From an uncultured Chloroflexia bacterium (GTDB taxonomy: Bacteria > Chloroflexota > Limnocylindria > Limnocylindrales > CSP1-4), in contig CAVZWI010000001.1 of assembly GCA_963778955.1 (NCBI GenBank), forward strand, positions 480,697-544,696: a stretch of 64,000 nucleotides of DNA. Reading direction: 5' to 3'. The notes under the pieces are model-generated. The model made no database searches. It saw only the letters and a program-made list of their open reading frames with translations, and was not told where the DNA came from. The number at the start of each line of letters is the position of its first letter. Positions within the stretch are counted from its first letter, which is position 1. A program made the position numbers and the translations under genes. This document shows, in pieces, positions 61,362 to 64,000 of this stretch.

Positions 61362-62656
61362 GCATCCCGGAGCAGCCGCGCGCTTCCGGTGATTCGCCGC
61401 GCGCTGGCGAACGACTCGCTTCGTCCGGCCCGGCTCCTGAGGGCAGCCTGCACACGCCGGAGGACAGGGCCCAAGCCGGGCCCAAGCCAAGCTTGGGACG
61501 ACCCAGCATCGCCAGGCTGCGTGGGGAGATCGAGGAAGACATCCGGCGGATCGAGGGCGAGAACAACGAGATCGACATGCTCATGGAGCAGGTCCTCATC
61601 GAGATCGAGCGGCACGAAGGCCGGAGATCCAAGATGGAGACCCGCCTGGCCACACTCGAGACGAGCGGTTCGCCCGATCCCGATGAGTTGGCCGAGGTGC
61701 GCGATGGCCTGTTGGCGCTGACGCGCCGAGAGTTGCTGTTCGATTCGCAGCGCCAGGTGCTTGAGGGCAAGCAACGCGTGCTGGCACGCTTCCTGCAGCG
61801 GTTGGTGGAGATCGACAACAGCCTGGCCGACCTGGGTGGCGCGCCGACGCGGCCAGCCCCGGTGGCGTCACCGGGCCTGCGCGCGCTGGCTGTGGCCGGT
61901 GGCAGCGGTGCCAGGGCAGCGGACCAACCGGCCATGGCGATACGTAGCCAGGAAGACCTGCGTCGCGATATCGTGCGCCAGTTGCACGACGGCCCGGCGC
62001 AATCGATCGCCAACATCGGGCTACAGGCAGAGATCGTCGAACGCCTCATGCAGAAGGGCGACTCGCGGGTCAGTGACGAGATCCGGGCGCTCTCCCGCCT
62101 GGTCCAACAGGCGCTCGACAACACCAAGGAGTTCATCTTCGAGATCCGGCCCATGGTCCTGGACGACCTTGGCCTGGGGCCGACCATCCGCCGCGCCACC
62201 AGCGATCGCGCCCGGCGCTCCGGCATCAACATCGACTTCGATTCACAGGGCATCGAAGAGCGTCTCGACCCGGACACCGAGAGTGTCGTCTATCGCAGCG
62301 TGGACGAGGCCATCATGGGCTTCCTGACCTTGCGCCCGCCCTCGGTGCTGGTGCGACTCGACTGGGGCGAGCATGAGTTGGTGGCCACGGTCGAGGGCAC
62401 CTGGCCACGAATCAACCCCGAGGGGCAGAGCGAATCCAGCGATGCTGCCACCGGGCGCTCGGTCGACACGCCACCAGCGTTGCTGGCGATGATCCAGGAG
62501 AAGTGGAGCGCCGACCAGGCGGCCGACCGGGCCATGCGCAGCCTGCCGCCCGAACGCGTGTCCGAGATCGGGACTCGGGCCCGCGCCATGGGTATGATCA
62601 TGACGATGCGGGATGAGGGTCAGGTGATGGAGTTGGTCGCACCCATCAAGCGATAG
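61358..62656 (+). CDS. DegS-like soluble HisKA_3 protein with a degenerate ATPase domain
   Basis: Coiled-coil N-terminus; RQLHDGPAQ, IRPMVLDDLGL; N, G1 and G2 boxes absent. Confidence 0.82.
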   Translation: MSIPEQPRASGDSPRAGERLASSGPAPEGSLHTPEDRAQAGPKPSLGRPSIARLRGEIEEDIRRIEGENNEIDMLMEQVLIEIERHEGRRSKMETRLATLETSGSPDPDELAEVRDGLLALTRRELLFDSQRQVLEGKQRVLARFLQRLVEIDNSLADLGGAPTRPAPVASPGLRALAVAGGSGARAADQPAMAIRSQEDLRRDIVRQLHDGPAQSIANIGLQAEIVERLMQKGDSRVSDEIRALSRLVQQALDNTKEFIFEIRPMVLDDLGLGPTIRRATSDRARRSGINIDFDSQGIEERLDPDTESVVYRSVDEAIMGFLTLRPPSVLVRLDWGEHELVATVEGTWPRINPEGQSESSDAATGRSVDTPPALLAMIQEKWSADQAADRAMRSLPPERVSEIGTRARAMGMIMTMRDEGQVMELVAPIKR

Positions 62657-62674
62657 GCCGCGCAGGTTCGGTCG

Positions 62675-63586
62675 TCAGGCCGGGTCCGCGAAATGCGGCC
62701 AAAGCGACGGGTCGAAGTCCGGCATGAGTGCGCGCAGGCGCTCGACCTGGGGCCGGTAATAGCGCTTCAGCATCTCGACATGCTCGACGGGCACCGGCAC
62801 CTTCTCCAGCTTGGCCTGGTTACGGGGCCGCGCCAGCACCTTGGGCGGCAGCTGGTGCGGTGGCAAGCCCAGGAAGTCGAATGTCCGCGCCAGCATCGCG
62901 GAGGCGTCCGCCGCGCAGGCCTCGTACTGCATCAACAGGAGCCGCTCAGCTGGATATGACTGCAGCAGCCACTCGATCTGCGTGGCGTACATCCCTCGTT
63001 CGATGGCGTCGGTCACCACGCGAACGCGATCTCCGAACACCCGCAGCGCACCGGTATCGTCGCGCTCATCCACGAGACCACCGCGATCCTGGTGGCTGAG
63101 ACCGCTGATATAGCGCTCGACGGGGTCGCGAAGCAGGATGATGCCGCGCGCATCCGGAGCGGCGGCCTTGATCATCGGCGGCGCCCAGGGGCAACTCAGA
63201 TACTCGGGTGTCTTCTCTCCGACGAGCTTGCCCTCCGGCCGTGGAAAGAAGCGGTGGTAGGTCTGGATGTGCTCATCGGTGAGTGGCTCGGACCAGAGGC
63301 GGTCGAAGAAGTGAAGCTCAGGCCGCTGGTTCTCAGGCTGCATCACGCCGGGGTGCTGTTCGAGCAGGCGGAACCACCAGGTCGTGCCGGACTTCTGTGC
63401 GCCGAAGATGACGAAGTCGGGCGGCCCGATACGCCAACCCTCCGGGCAGTCGGGATACTCGGGCAGGGTCTCGAAGACCTTGCGCCGTTCGCGGATGCTG
63501 GCTGGGTCCATCGGCTTGGGCGTGCGTGCCGGCTGCTGATCGAGTCCCAATCGCCTGCGCAACTTGCGCAGTCGGATCTGGCGCAT
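62675..63586 (-). CDS. PAPS-dependent sulfotransferase
   Basis: PDFVIFGAQKSGTT (5'-PSB), ELHFF, GEKTPEY, LRDPVERYIS (3'-PB). Confidence 0.9.
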   Translation of the reverse strand: MRQIRLRKLRRRLGLDQQPARTPKPMDPASIRERRKVFETLPEYPDCPEGWRIGPPDFVIFGAQKSGTTWWFRLLEQHPGVMQPENQRPELHFFDRLWSEPLTDEHIQTYHRFFPRPEGKLVGEKTPEYLSCPWAPPMIKAAAPDARGIILLRDPVERYISGLSHQDRGGLVDERDDTGALRVFGDRVRVVTDAIERGMYATQIEWLLQSYPAERLLLMQYEACAADASAMLARTFDFLGLPPHQLPPKVLARPRNQAKLEKVPVPVEHVEMLKRYYRPQVERLRALMPDFDPSLWPHFADPA

Positions 63587-63941
63587 GGGGGAACCTCGGG
63601 CTGGATGCTGGGATGTGGCCGCCATCATAGCTGTCGGTGCTCGCGCCATCCGCCACGACAAACCGTCACGATGTGGCCGGACGACGGCAACAGCGCCGAC
63701 ACACGCCTCCTATACCCTATAGCCCGATAGTCATATCGCCTGAGCCGGGGACGGTGCCTAGGATTCCGGTGACACTTGTCACACCAGTTGGAGTCCTGCT
63801 CTTGTTGTCAACCCCCGGCGAGCACGTGCCCGCACCAGACCGGACGAAACCGCACCGTCCCACTGGTCGAATCGGCGCTCCCGGTCTACCCTTGAGCACC
63901 CGGCACGGCCGCCTGCCTTCAACGGCCATGAGGAACCGAGC

Positions 63942-64000
63942 GTGAGCGAAAAGATCCGCGTCGTCATCGTCGATGACATCGCCGAGACCAGAGAGCACCT
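63942..64000 (+). CDS. N-terminus of a receiver-domain protein (possibly CpaE/MinD-type), truncated at window edge
   Basis: GAGGA RBS then GTG: MSEKIRVVIVDDIAETREH. Confidence 0.7.
   Translation, partial: MSEKIRVVIVDDIAETREH

Noticed and set aside
60291-61490. 399-aa minus-strand ORF and similar long antisense ORFs (e.g. 2054..2893, 15185..16276, 32376..33368)
   Set aside because: They lie opposite well-supported genes, have no recognisable motifs, and are typical of high-GC DNA.
63790-63925. Possible c-di-GMP-I riboswitch before the receiver-domain gene (CCGGTCTAC segment, GAAA loop)
   Set aside because: The GGCAAAC...GAAA...GACGCAAAGC core is not recognisable; an Infernal search would be needed.

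Overview
High-GC bacterial chromosomal window, probably Chloroflexota (inferred from GAAC-N4-GTTC LexA boxes, an FMN-riboswitch/RibXY-type transporter, a DegS/DegU-like pair and DUF4397/fasciclin genes). No rRNA, tRNA, CRISPR or transposase was seen. Main blocks: (1) 1.8-18.7 kb, a putative light/photo-oxidative stress regulon with a CarH/LitR-type B12 MerR regulator, photolyase, a ufaD/ufaO/ufaM-like lipid-modification trio, two glycosyltransferases, and secreted DUF4397/fasciclin proteins; 11-bp-periodic TnnACA operator-like repeats overlap three divergent promoter regions. (2) argS, then a ~3,500-aa membrane-anchored protein with ~44 PASTA repeats in apparently identical 402-bp and 204-bp arrays, ending in a catalytically degenerate copy of the neighbouring HExxH metallopeptidase. 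(3) A candidate sRNA, ftcD/cyclodeaminase, an FMN riboswitch with an ABC transporter, SOS genes (lexA, dinB, SOS boxes), rplI, and dnaB with DnaA boxes. (4) 46.3-53.6 kb, the best candidate for an undescribed system: a MalT-like/BTAD regulator, a structured leader, an unannotated 30-aa signal-like peptide ending GSAGIRPI, a membrane-sensor HD-GYP phosphodiesterase, and a DUF5317 domain (LspA-like aspartate motifs) fused to an MFS transporter; this suggests peptide signalling coupled to c-di-GMP. (5) pcm, a PIG-L deacetylase, a GT2 plus two GT-C glycosyltransferases, a DegU-like regulator with a DegS-like probable pseudokinase, and a sulfotransferase. More than 20 apparent frameshifts, most likely long-read errors, split many genes, so some boundaries are approximate. 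All family calls come from motif recognition by eye; no database searches were run.
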